This document shows, piece by piece, positions 15,974 through 25,333 of a DNA stretch of 38,199 nucleotides. Every line of letters starts with the position of its first letter. The first letter of the stretch is position 1. The position numbers were made by a program, and so were the translations under genes. The notes under the pieces were generated by a model that did no database searches, had not been told where the DNA came from, and was given only the letters and a program-made list of their open reading frames with translations. The stretch covers positions 1 through 38,199 of the IMG/VR virus record IMGVR_UViG_3300037458_000574, one strand, 5' to 3'. This DNA comes from a virus. Its lineage: Duplodnaviria; Caudoviricetes.

Positions 15974-17026
15974 GTGATGGACATGGGAGAATGGCTGAAG
16001 CAGTCAACTGCCTATACGTTCCGACTGGGGCCTTTTGTTGATGCGACGGACGGATTCACGCCGGAAACGGGGCTTACGGTTGGGGACACGGACATATATA
16101 TAAGCAAGGCTGGCGGGGCTCTGGCGGCGAAGAATGACACGACGGACGGGGCGCATGATGCGCAGGGCTATTATAGCTGTGTGCTGAACACGACGGACAC
16201 GGGGACGCTGGGGACGCTTTTTGTTACGTGCTACGTGAGTGGTGCGCGGACGGTAACGAAAGAGTTCATGGTAGTGCCCGCGGCTGTTTATGATTCGCTT
16301 GTGTCCGGGAGCGACGTTTTGCCTGTGGACTTGACGCAGATTGACGGGCTTGCGACCAGCGGAAACAATGCGACGTTGAAGCTGAAGTCCTTGGATATTC
16401 GGAGCAACGATCCGGCGGTGAATGCTTTAGATGTTCGAGGCGCGACTGGAACGACGCAGGGCGGGAATGCGGTGTATGTGAAGGGTGGAAACTCGGATTA
16501 TGCGGCTGGTTCGTATGGTGGACATGGGCTTTTATTGGAAGCGGGGTATTCTGGAAGCACTGGCGGTTCAGCTCGTGGTTATGCGGTGCGTATTGTTGGC
16601 GGTGGGACTCCGTTTTTCGGTTGCGTACATATTGAAGGAACGTATGGATCGACGCCTCTATCTTTGATCGGCGACAGTTATACGAACGGGATGGTGGTAA
16701 GCGGCGGTTACGGTTGGGATGGCGGAATACAGGCGAATATCAGAGGTAGTATTGGTTCCCTCGGAACGCAAGCCAAGGCGGACGTGAACGCGGAAGTGAA
16801 GGACGTGATGGAGACGGACACGCAGGCGGAGCCGACGAGCGTTCCGGCGGCGACGGCGAGCCTAGCAAGCAAAATCGGCTGGCTGTTTATGCGCCTTCGT
16901 AACAAGCAGACTTTGGCGAAAAGTTCCGGCATCGAAACGGTCTACGCCGACAATTCAACCGACGTTGTCGGGACTTCGACGGATACCGACGATGGAAGCA
17001 CGTTTACGAAAGGAAAAATGAGCTGA
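15974..17026 (+). CDS. Virion fiber/decoration-like protein with a Gly-rich central region
   Basis: WLKQST...GPFVDATDG.T.ETGLT N-terminal domain, G-rich beta repeats, ADVNAEV...DDGSTFTKG C-terminus. Confidence 0.6.
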   Translation: MMDMGEWLKQSTAYTFRLGPFVDATDGFTPETGLTVGDTDIYISKAGGALAAKNDTTDGAHDAQGYYSCVLNTTDTGTLGTLFVTCYVSGARTVTKEFMVVPAAVYDSLVSGSDVLPVDLTQIDGLATSGNNATLKLKSLDIRSNDPAVNALDVRGATGTTQGGNAVYVKGGNSDYAAGSYGGHGLLLEAGYSGSTGGSARGYAVRIVGGGTPFFGCVHIEGTYGSTPLSLIGDSYTNGMVVSGGYGWDGGIQANIRGSIGSLGTQAKADVNAEVKDVMETDTQAEPTSVPAATASLASKIGWLFMRLRNKQTLAKSSGIETVYADNSTDVVGTSTDTDDGSTFTKGKMS

Positions 17027-17244
17027 TGGCCTTCGATACGGAATTACAAAGGCGTTCCGCGCTGGCCTACTGGCCCAAAGCCATTACGGCGGACGGAACG
17101 ATTGATAGTTCCGACGGCGTGTCTCTCTTGGGCGGATATCCTTTCGACGTGCCGAATATCAACGCGGACGTGATGCGTTTTTCCGTCGGGTATGATTCGC
17201 TGTGGCAGGGGATTTTAGAAATCACCAAGCGGTATAGGAAGTGA
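17026..17244 (+). CDS. Small hypothetical virion-associated protein
   Basis: TGATG coupling; MAFDT...RRSAL...DGTIDS.D motif. Confidence 0.6.
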   Translation: MAFDTELQRRSALAYWPKAITADGTIDSSDGVSLLGGYPFDVPNINADVMRFSVGYDSLWQGILEITKRYRK

Positions 17245-17247
17245 ACC

Positions 17248-17556
17248 ATGGCTAAAAATGAGGTTCATAAAAACGATGTGGGGACGGTCTTCGAGTTTAC
17301 GGTCAAGGATGGATCGGTCGTGGTGGATCTGTCCGCCGCGACTATTTCCGTCAAGTTTCGGAAGCCGAATGGAACGGTTTTAACGAAAACCGGCGTGCTT
17401 CTGAACGACGGAACCGACGGCAAGATGAAATACACGACGGTGTTAAACGATTTAAGCGACGCCGGGGATTGGTCTGTGCAGGCCGTGATAACGATCGGAA
17501 CCGGGACATGGAATACGGACATCCAGCATTTCCGCGTCTTCGATAATTTGAGCTGA
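17248..17556 (+). CDS. BppU N-terminal-like Ig-fold virion protein
   Basis: HKNDVGT.FEFTVKDG..VDLS.AT...FRKP.GT...DGK..Y....DL..AG.W..QA. Confidence 0.7.
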   Translation: MAKNEVHKNDVGTVFEFTVKDGSVVVDLSAATISVKFRKPNGTVLTKTGVLLNDGTDGKMKYTTVLNDLSDAGDWSVQAVITIGTGTWNTDIQHFRVFDNLS

Positions 17557-17557
17557 T

Positions 17558-19228
17558 ATGGACTTGATACAAGCCCTTCCGCCTAAGCCAAAGCTCACGA
17601 AGAGCCTGGATAAAATGACGAAGGAAGAGGCCATGAAACTGGTGCGCGATATTGACGCATACCAGGCCGCCGCCGCCGAGACTATTCGGCAGTTGCAGGA
17701 GGCCGATCCGTTTTGGTTCTACGAGCCTTCGACGGGGGACGTTCCGAAAGAAAATTACGAATTTTTGTTGAAGCACTTGAAGCCGGAGGACGTTCCGCCC
17801 CGGCTCACGGGCCAGCTGGACGCGCATTTGAGCCGCGCCCCCGTGCGGGGAATTTCCGGGGGGAACCAGGGCGGCAAAACGCTGGCGGGCTGTATCGAGG
17901 CTTTCATAGCCGCGACCGGGGCCGTGCCTAAATCTTTAGAGGGAAAATTCCCAAAGGAACGCATCCCGACGAAATTCCCCCAGCACATCCGCGTTGTCGG
18001 CAAGGACTGGACTAACGGGATTCTCTTGAACGTGATTCCTACGTATCAAAGATGGGTTCCCAGGGAATTCTTGAAGGGCGGCAGGTGGGACAAGTCCTAC
18101 AACTCCGAGCGGGCAACGCTGTATCTGGAAAAAGCCGGGAAACTCTATGGAACGATTGAATTTATGAGTAACGCCCAGGACGTAACGAGCTTTCAAGGCC
18201 CGCCCCGCGACATGATGATTTATGACGAAGAGCCCCGGAAGGACATATATAAGGAAAACCTTCTCCGCTTCACCACCCGCGACAGGCTCAATATCCTCTT
18301 TTGCATGACGCCCACGGAGGGCCTCACGTGGATACACGACGATCTTGTCTCCAAAGAGAAAGACGAAGCCGGGAACCGGGTCGAATGGTTCCAGATTCCT
18401 TCCGTGTGCAACAAGAAGGCAAATCTAAGAGTGCTGGAAGAGATCGTGCAGGATTTGACCTACGATGAAAAGAAAATGAGGCTACTCGGTGAATTTATAT
18501 CGCTATCCGGCCTCGTTTACGGTCGGGCATTTTCCAACAAGCTCCACGTGATAGAGCCCTTTGATGTGTCTTGCCAGTGCGGAACGCAAGGCGTGGAGCA
18601 TCCCGATTGGTGTCCATGGAGCAAGTATCTGGTGATTCGCGGCATTGACCCCCATCTTGTAACCCCGGCGGCAGTAGTGTGGGTGGCTGTGGACAGGTTC
18701 GAAAACGCCTATGTGGTGAAATCCATGTTTGAAGAAACAGACATTGAGAGCCTAAAAAGGCGGATTGCGGGAGAATCCGCCGGGATGCGCTTGGGGTGGT
18801 CTGTGGTGGATAGCGCGGCGGATTCGAATATCGAGGCTTTCGGCGGCTTGAACATCTTCAAAAAACTCACCACCGGGGAAAACCGCATCCGGGCCCTCCG
18901 CCTCGCGGTCAAGGGCCAGGGCTCCATCAAAACTGGCGTAGACGAAATTAAGCAGGCCCTGGCGGTAAATCCCAACACGCAAAGGCCGCGCCTTTTCGTG
19001 TTCAACACGCCTCAAAACAAGTTGTTAATCAACGCTTTTAACACGATGGAACGAGACCGGGGCCACAACGAGGACAAGAAGGGCGCGCGGGATAAAATTC
19101 TTGAATCAAAACACCATTTACATGCCGCGCTCCGGTATGTGTTTATGCAAAGGCTCCGCTGGCGGGAGCCTGTTGTTGGGGCGGTGCCGGATGTGGCTCA
19201 ATTTGAGCGGGAGGAGGTTTTCGCGTGA
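17558..19228 (+). CDS. terL: Terminase large subunit
   Basis: Walker A GGNQGGKT, Walker B MMIYDEE, coupling motif MTP, nuclease GIDPH; directly upstream of the portal. Confidence 0.93.
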   Translation: MDLIQALPPKPKLTKSLDKMTKEEAMKLVRDIDAYQAAAAETIRQLQEADPFWFYEPSTGDVPKENYEFLLKHLKPEDVPPRLTGQLDAHLSRAPVRGISGGNQGGKTLAGCIEAFIAATGAVPKSLEGKFPKERIPTKFPQHIRVVGKDWTNGILLNVIPTYQRWVPREFLKGGRWDKSYNSERATLYLEKAGKLYGTIEFMSNAQDVTSFQGPPRDMMIYDEEPRKDIYKENLLRFTTRDRLNILFCMTPTEGLTWIHDDLVSKEKDEAGNRVEWFQIPSVCNKKANLRVLEEIVQDLTYDEKKMRLLGEFISLSGLVYGRAFSNKLHVIEPFDVSCQCGTQGVEHPDWCPWSKYLVIRGIDPHLVTPAAVVWVAVDRFENAYVVKSMFEETDIESLKRRIAGESAGMRLGWSVVDSAADSNIEAFGGLNIFKKLTTGENRIRALRLAVKGQGSIKTGVDEIKQALAVNPNTQRPRLFVFNTPQNKLLINAFNTMERDRGHNEDKKGARDKILESKHHLHAALRYVFMQRLRWREPVVGAVPDVAQFEREEVFA

Positions 19229-21102
19229 ACGAATATAAGGATCAGGACTTTCTAAAGCGGCACGGCATAAATCAATTTTCCCAGGCGAAGCAGTCCAGGG
19301 ATTGGGTGGTGGATGTTTGGCGGAAATCGGGGTATGCCTACGATTCGAAATTCAACCCGGAAGAGCGGAAAAACTCCGATGTGCTTCTCGGGCAATCCCG
19401 GCTTTTTATCCCCAAAACCTACAACACCATCCAGCGGCTTTTGACTGAAATGATGGAAACTTTTTTCTTCGACCCGGACGAAATTGTTGGCCTGAAAGAC
19501 GCGAAAGAGACCTCGGCGGAAATAAAATCCGCCGTCAAGGCCCTTTTGAATTACCGCCTCAATAATCACCCGATAAACTTTTATCAAGAGGCGTACGAAG
19601 CCTGCCTGGACGCACTCAAGCAGAAGGTCGGCATATTCAAAATTTACCCCCGCGTTCTGCTGGCAAAAAAAGAAAAGGGCCGACGGAAAGAAACCGACGC
19701 GGAAGGCGTGGAAGTTGAGGTCATAGATTTCGAGGACGTGGTAGACAAATTCGAGCCGCGTCTTGAGTGCGTTCCGCCGGAGGATTTGTTTATTGACCCA
19801 GAGGCGACCTGGAAAGACTATTTTAAATACCCCTTAATCCATCGGATTGCGAAAACCAGGGATGAGCTTAAGCGTTCGGGATTCAAAAACGTGGATGAGG
19901 TGCAGGCGGTTGCCAACGCCAAAACGACGGAGGAAACCAAGGCCGCCCGCCACTGGCAGGAATCCCCCTTCACCGTCCAGCGGGACGTGAAAGAGATGGA
20001 GCGCATTTACGACTACGAAATTTGGACGTTCATGGACGTTAACGACGATGGACGCATAGAAAGTTGCGTCTACCACATGCTGGGGGGGCCTAACGGGCCG
20101 GAGGTGATAGGGAAAGACCCGGTAGAAAATACGCTCCCCTTCACTTTTTCGGATTTCGAGAGCCCGCGCCCGCCGTTCATTATCGGTTCCGCCATGCCGG
20201 AAGCGCATAAAGCCTACGGCAAGGACATGGCCGAGGTTACGGAGAGCTTGCAAAAAGAGGTCAACGTCCTTCGGAACCAAGACCGCGAGGCCGCGGCTAT
20301 TGCGATTCGAAAGCCCCTTCTTGTAAATCGGGACGCGGGCCTAGACATGATGGCCCTGGTAAATCGCAAAATCGGAGGCGTGGTAACGGGAGACGATATC
20401 GGAAACGACGCCGTGCGGGAATTGCAGTTGAGTAACCCCGTCATTTCCACCTCTGCTGTGTCTTCCAGAAACGAGATGGACTATTACGAAGCAACTTCCA
20501 TCACGCCGAATCAGCTGGGAATGTCACAGCGGGACGAAACCGCGACGGCGGTCTCCACAAACCAGGCAAACGCCAATAAAAAGATCGCCAACATGATCCG
20601 CAACATGGCCCACACGCTTTTTATTCCCGCCTTCAATTACCTGCTCCGCCTAGAGCAGGCCTATGAAAGCGACGCATTTATTCAGAAAGTAACGGGCAAG
20701 GTTCTGGGATGGCGTTTTGCAAATGACGGCGTTCCGGCGTGGCAGAGCATCCAGGGGGATTTTGACTTAACGACGGAAATTGGCGTTAACAAGCAAAGCC
20801 AGCTTAACAAATATCTGCTTATCGCCGACCGCATGAACCAGACGAACTCGACGGTAATGCAGATGATACAGGCGGGAGTATTGAACCCGGCGCAAGCTCG
20901 TTTCCTTAATCCCATGTGGGCATTTAAGCAGGTGATGGGAGTCTTGAAACACAAGAACACGGCGGAGATGGAACTCCCCGCCATGGCCCCGCCCCCGCAA
21001 GCTGAACAAAAGGGACTGGCAAGCCAACCGCGCAATGTCGCCGACCCGGAACAGCAAGTCGGCCAAATGAACCCGGAGATGCTCAATGAAATTTTGGGAT
21101 AA
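19225..21102 (+). CDS. Portal protein (P22-like)
   Basis: 625 aa after terL; LFIP, VPPEDLFIDPEA, LQKEVN..RNQ and ETATAV motifs. Confidence 0.88.
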   Translation: MNEYKDQDFLKRHGINQFSQAKQSRDWVVDVWRKSGYAYDSKFNPEERKNSDVLLGQSRLFIPKTYNTIQRLLTEMMETFFFDPDEIVGLKDAKETSAEIKSAVKALLNYRLNNHPINFYQEAYEACLDALKQKVGIFKIYPRVLLAKKEKGRRKETDAEGVEVEVIDFEDVVDKFEPRLECVPPEDLFIDPEATWKDYFKYPLIHRIAKTRDELKRSGFKNVDEVQAVANAKTTEETKAARHWQESPFTVQRDVKEMERIYDYEIWTFMDVNDDGRIESCVYHMLGGPNGPEVIGKDPVENTLPFTFSDFESPRPPFIIGSAMPEAHKAYGKDMAEVTESLQKEVNVLRNQDREAAAIAIRKPLLVNRDAGLDMMALVNRKIGGVVTGDDIGNDAVRELQLSNPVISTSAVSSRNEMDYYEATSITPNQLGMSQRDETATAVSTNQANANKKIANMIRNMAHTLFIPAFNYLLRLEQAYESDAFIQKVTGKVLGWRFANDGVPAWQSIQGDFDLTTEIGVNKQSQLNKYLLIADRMNQTNSTVMQMIQAGVLNPAQARFLNPMWAFKQVMGVLKHKNTAEMELPAMAPPPQAEQKGLASQPRNVADPEQQVGQMNPEMLNEILG

Positions 21103-21415
21103 GCTCAAAGCGAAACTTGGGCCGGAAGCAGACCAGGCGGCCCGCCTGAAACTCGCCAAAGACGGCGAACGGTTGGAATCTTTTGTAGAAACCGGGGCCT
21201 TCGACGTGCTGATTGAACTTGTCCTTGACCCGATGGAAAAAGAGGCGTTCGAGGCGTTCAAGAAAATTGACCCTTCCGAGACGCTTGAAGTTTTGCAGAC
21301 GCAAAAGCTCGCCCAGGTAGTTGCCGAGATTAAGAGGCGGGTGGAATCAAAGATACAAGCGGGGCTATTCGCCCGCCAGCAGTTACTTGATGACTCTACC
21401 CCCAAGGAGGGATGA
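21086..21415 (+). CDS. Small helical head-module protein
   Basis: Conserved position between portal and scaffold. Confidence 0.65.
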   Translation: MKFWDKLKAKLGPEADQAARLKLAKDGERLESFVETGAFDVLIELVLDPMEKEAFEAFKKIDPSETLEVLQTQKLAQVVAEIKRRVESKIQAGLFARQQLLDDSTPKEG

Positions 21416-21416
21416 G

Positions 21417-22424
21417 ATGCCAACCGAAACCAAAGCGGCGACTACCCCGGAAACCGGGACGCCCGCCGTTAAGCAGGAAACGAAGACGGAAGGAAACACG
21501 CGGAAGACAACCAGTCAAGGTTTATTCGGCGACCTCATGGGGCGGAACATTCCCGGAACGGCGGCACTCGCCGAGCCCGTGGAACCTCCGAAACCCGCTG
21601 AGACTCCCGTTAAGGAAGAGCCCAAGCCGGAAGCGAAGCCGGGGCCTCGTTATCTATCGTCGGAAGAATTTTCCGACGCCCTGGTGAAGCTGAAAGTGGA
21701 CGGCGTTGAGGAAGACGCGAAATTTCAAGATGTCATTCGACGGGTGCAGTTGGACAAGCACTTGACGCTTAAGGGGCAGAAACTTTCCGAAGAGGAACGG
21801 CGCGTAAAGGAAAAAGAAGCCGCCCTCGCGGAACGGGAGCGCGTATTGACCGAGCTTATCGCCTCGCAGTCTAAGCCAAAAACGGAAGACGGCGAAGCCG
21901 AAAGCCTGGTTAAAGATGACCCATACGTTAAGCGGATTGAGGCGGAACTCAAGCGGACGCAGGATGTCCTGACGGAGTTGACCACCCAGACCGCGCCGAT
22001 GGTGTTGCGCGCATCCCTAGATAGGGTTGCCAACCACGTAAAAACGACCTTGGGGCAGGATGATTTCATGTCCTACCAGGATAAAATTAAAGATTATCTT
22101 GTCGCCCTACCGCCTGAACAGGCGCGGGCGATGGATAACGAAGCGGGTTGGCTCTCCGTCTATAAAGACCTGAAATTGCAGGAGCTTTTCGCCAAGGCAA
22201 GCGAGCCTAAAAAGCCGGAACCTACGCCGCAGGCGGAACGCCCCGCCCCGAAGACCGTCCCCGTGGAAAGCGGGAAGAACTCTTCCAGCGGGGTTAATGA
22301 TGACGAAGCGTCGAAATATCGCGCTCTTGTGGACCGAGCGAAACGGCTGACGAACGAGAACTCCACCGAACGCCACCGAGCGTGGGAGGAAGTTCTCGCC
22401 TTCAAAAGCCGAAATTCTGGATAA
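21417..22424 (+). CDS. Capsid scaffolding protein
   Basis: AAGGAGG RBS; P/E/K-rich N-terminus, VKLKVDGVE motif and coiled coil; precedes the capsid gene. Confidence 0.8.
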   Translation: MPTETKAATTPETGTPAVKQETKTEGNTRKTTSQGLFGDLMGRNIPGTAALAEPVEPPKPAETPVKEEPKPEAKPGPRYLSSEEFSDALVKLKVDGVEEDAKFQDVIRRVQLDKHLTLKGQKLSEEERRVKEKEAALAERERVLTELIASQSKPKTEDGEAESLVKDDPYVKRIEAELKRTQDVLTELTTQTAPMVLRASLDRVANHVKTTLGQDDFMSYQDKIKDYLVALPPEQARAMDNEAGWLSVYKDLKLQELFAKASEPKKPEPTPQAERPAPKTVPVESGKNSSSGVNDDEASKYRALVDRAKRLTNENSTERHRAWEEVLAFKSRNSG

Positions 22425-22439
22425 CAAGGAGATTTCATC

Positions 22440-24260
22440 ATGGCTGTACCCACAAATACGTTTCAGGTTTATACCGCCGTCGGCAATCGGGAGGACCTAA
22501 TCGATAGATAGATGTCGCTACGTGTTATGAATAGTTTTATGGCAGTTTTCACATAAAACGACGGCATTATCGATGTTGATTCTGAGTTTCGGAAAAATGG
22601 AAAAAGGCCGGAGATGATGAACATGGCGATGGAACGGACGAGCGCAAGCAGAACATGGGGCAAGAAGATTTTTCTTGCACTGATGACATGTTTCGCCTTT
22701 CAGGCGCAGAACCATGCGTCGGAACCGTTGATATTCCATGTGTCTTCTAATGTAAACATCATCGACAGTAATTCCACCCTTCCAGTTGTGGTTTGTTTTC
22801 CCCATCCTGCTCCCTATTTTCGCTTTAGACAGGCGAGTTCGGTGCTGGATGCTGAAGGGGCGGCCCTTAAGGTATTCGGAAGTTTTTCTTATGGGGATGT
22901 TGAAGTGGTGAAGCCGTTTGTTAATTACCGTTTCACCACATCCAAGAAGTCGAGCGATATTCCTTGCGCTCTGCTTTTCCCCGATGTAGAGCTTGCGGAG
23001 GTCGTGTTCCGGGATTGTTATTCTCGGATTAGACCCCCGCGGCCTTACTTTGACTCCGAATCTATGCAGGGCCTGACGAGCAGATTCCCATTGAACGCCG
23101 AGATGTTTGGCGATCTTGGAAATGCTCATCTTCCGATTGACGTAAAGGTCAGTAATTATTTCTTTATTGATTTTTATGTTAGACATGTTTCGATAATACC
23201 ATTTTATGACACGTTAGAAAACGGGGCTAATTCGGCGGAACTCTCTTTGAGACAATGCCGAGCCAGCAGGAGGGATTACGAAAGGCCCTCCGGGCGTGTG
23301 TGGAGGTCAGGGGTGATAAATATAATCCCCATAAATGTCCCGGGCGAAAGCCATGACATGACCCGAGCTACCAGGCGACTGGTAGAAGCAGGGGAGAGAT
23401 GCCCTTGCGATAACAAACTGATCGTTACCAATATCGCTCCCAAAGATACCTGGTTCGTTTCCAATTCAGGAACCGGGCGGGCGACCGCTGTGCTTCACGA
23501 ATGGACGAACGATACCCTGGCCGCTCCGACTGCCAATGCGCAGATCGAAGGCGATGACCAGGCGGCGGCTGTTATCACCCCGAAGGTGCGCCAGAACAAC
23601 TACACGCAGATCATCCGAAAGGCTTTCACGATTTCGGATACGCAGATCGCCACCGAGCAGGTGGGCGGCGACCCCGTGGCGTATGAGAAGCGGAAACGGA
23701 TGACGGAACTTGCGCGGGACATGGAGTATGCAATGCTCATCAATTCCGCCACCGCGTCCGGGGCGTCCGGGACGGCTCGCCAGCTTAAGGGCGTGTTGGG
23801 CTGGATCGCCACGAACGTTACCACGGGAACCGGGACGGGTTCCGAGACCTTGACCGAATCCATGCTGAACGACAACCTTCAGCTGGTTTGGGCGCAGGGC
23901 GGGATGCCTTCCACGATTCTTTGCGGGGCGTTCCAGAAGCGGAAAATTTCCGCTTTCACCACGAACACGCGCAATACCGTTGCGCAAGAAAAAACCCTGA
24001 CGGCCGCCGTGGACGTTTACCAGAGCGACTTCGGCGAAGTGAAAATGGTGCTTTCTACCGTCATGAACACCACCGCTTCTGACAAGCTGATCGTGTTTGG
24101 AGATATGACGCTTTGGTCTAAGGCGTTCCTCCGACCGATTAACGCGGAAGAGCTGGCTCGCACCGGGTCGGCGCGGAAGTTCATGATTGAGGCGGAGGTT
24201 ACGTTGGAAAGCCGCCAGGAAAAAGGCAGTGGAAAGATCACGGAGCTTGCCACTTCCTAA
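22440..24260 (+). CDS. Major capsid protein (SU10/DUF5309-like), spliced: exon 1 22440-22505, exon 2 23421-24260, 301 aa
   Basis: AAGGAG RBS; exon 1 MAVPTNTFQVYTAVGNREDLID joins in frame to IVTNIAPKDTWF...HEWTNDTLA...NYTQI..K...ELARDMEYAM, restoring the family N-terminal motif. Confidence 0.92.
22518..23186 (-). CDS. Intron-encoded HNH homing endonuclease, antisense to the intron
   Basis: Two HTH-like repeats (LY...S...IA..LG), NUMOD3-like KGRPFSIQHRTRLSKAK, NHNWKGG, CHQC...HVHH...N.VVLCENCHK.IH. Confidence 0.9.
   Translation of the reverse strand: MSNIKINKEIITDLYVNRKMSISKIAKHLGVQWESARQALHRFGVKVRPRGSNPRITIPEHDLRKLYIGEKQSARNIARLLGCGETVINKRLHHFNIPIRKTSEYLKGRPFSIQHRTRLSKAKIGSRMGKTNHNWKGGITVDDVYIRRHMEYQRFRRMVLRLKGETCHQCKKNLLAPCSACARPFHRHVHHLRPFSIFPKLRINIDNAVVLCENCHKTIHNT
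23193..23201 (-). promoter_or_regulatory. Extended -10 promoter for the HNH gene (probably leaderless mRNA)
   Basis: Minus strand reads TGG-TATTAT-CGAAAC-ATG; no SD and no good -35. Confidence 0.5.
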
Positions 24261-24267
24261 TTATTGA

Positions 24268-24318
24268 GTGAGTGGGGGCGGGCTGGGGGACGCCCTGGCC
24301 CGCCTCCGCTTACACTTT
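24268..24318 (+). terminator. Strong hairpin after the capsid gene (partial terminator or mRNA stabiliser)
   Basis: GTGAGTGGGGGCGGGCTGGGG / CCCTGGCCCGCCTCCGCTTAC with only a short T tract. Confidence 0.55.
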
Positions 24319-24332
24319 CAAAGGATGGAATC

Positions 24333-24647
24333 ATGCCGATTGTAAAAAGCCGTCATTCGATGCGCGAGGGCCTCGCCACTGTGGAAGAGGTAGGGGACAA
24401 ATTCAAATTTACCCACGCGGAAAACGTGGAGCCTTTGGCTTTGCATTGTAAGGAAATGCGGAAAAGCGAGGCGGATGGATGGAGTAAAAAGCGCGGGTTC
24501 CGCCTGATAGCAAGGATACCTGCCATTACATTTTTCGACCGCAAGGAACTGACGCGGCCAGACGGAAAATTAGACAAAAAAGAGATTAAGAAATTTCTCC
24601 AATCGCCGGAGGGCGAAATCTTCAAGACGGTGGAGCGAGGGATTTAA
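24333..24647 (+). CDS. Conserved small post-capsid protein
   Basis: ENVEP.....KEMR...FRLIARIP...KKFLQSPE...FKT..R.I pattern. Confidence 0.7.
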   Translation: MPIVKSRHSMREGLATVEEVGDKFKFTHAENVEPLALHCKEMRKSEADGWSKKRGFRLIARIPAITFFDRKELTRPDGKLDKKEIKKFLQSPEGEIFKTVERGI

Positions 24648-25333
24648 TGCCGAACGCCGACCTCATTATTCCGACGAAAGACCAGGGGCATAGCAAGATT
24701 TCCGCCATGTATCTTATTCATTACCCCTTTCAGGGAAAGCGGATTTACGTCCGCGACGGAAAGAACTGGCCCACGGCAATTAACATCGGTCTAAAACAGA
24801 GCGACCCGGCGGCGGATGTCGTGTTGATGGACGATGATATATTCCTTACACCTGAATCTTTTGGATACCTTCCGGCCTATTATGACCAGGCGGATATTTT
24901 CGGGTTCAAGCTCCTTTTCCCAGACGGCAGGCTACAGCACGCGGGCGGGGTGTTTTCCGCCGGAACGGTAGGGCATAGGTTTTTTTGTTGTCCCGATAAC
25001 GGGATAGCGGACAAGCCTCTTTTCCTCGCCCATGTTACCACAAGCCTCATTTACATTAAGCGGCACGTGCTGGATAAATTGGGCGGCATGGCGGAGGACT
25101 ACCCAGGGACGCAGATGGAGGACGTTGACTTTTGTTTGCGGGCGATTAAGGCGGGATTCAAAATCATGTATCTACCTTCTCCCGCCGTTCACCTGGAAAG
25201 CGCGACCAAGAAAACGCATCCAATGTTTAGGATTGGGATGGCGCAGAATATGCTGGAACTTCGGCAACGCCATTTTGCGGACGCGGCTTTTTACAATTCG
25301 CTTGAGACATACCCTAAAGAGGTTCCGGCGTGA
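24647..25333 (+). CDS. Glycosyltransferase family 2 (GT-A)
   Basis: LIIPT, AINIG, LMDDD (DxD), DGRLQHAGG, LGGM.EDY, EDVDFCLRA..AGFKI.Y.P, HLESAT. Confidence 0.92.
   Translation: MPNADLIIPTKDQGHSKISAMYLIHYPFQGKRIYVRDGKNWPTAINIGLKQSDPAADVVLMDDDIFLTPESFGYLPAYYDQADIFGFKLLFPDGRLQHAGGVFSAGTVGHRFFCCPDNGIADKPLFLAHVTTSLIYIKRHVLDKLGGMAEDYPGTQMEDVDFCLRAIKAGFKIMYLPSPAVHLESATKKTHPMFRIGMAQNMLELRQRHFADAAFYNSLETYPKEVPA

Larger units (their letters stand above)
22506..23420 (+). mobile_element. Group I self-splicing intron (915 nt, IA-like) in the capsid gene
   Basis: 5' exon ends in U with a P1 U-G wobble (CGAU/A...UGUCG); terminal G at 23420. P3 CGGGGC/GTCCCG, P4 TTCGGCG/TGCCGAG, P6a GGAGGG/CCCTCC, P7 GGTCA/TGACC, P7.1 GGGG/CCCC, P8 GGC-GAAA-GCC, P9 CTACCAG-GCGA-CTGGTAG. 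In-frame TAG at 22509 if unspliced. Confidence 0.92.

Noticed and set aside
22614-23420. 269-codon N-terminal extension of the capsid in the 548-aa ORF
   Set aside because: It is the antisense shadow of the HNH gene plus the intron core. The true N-terminus, with RBS and family motif, is at 22440.
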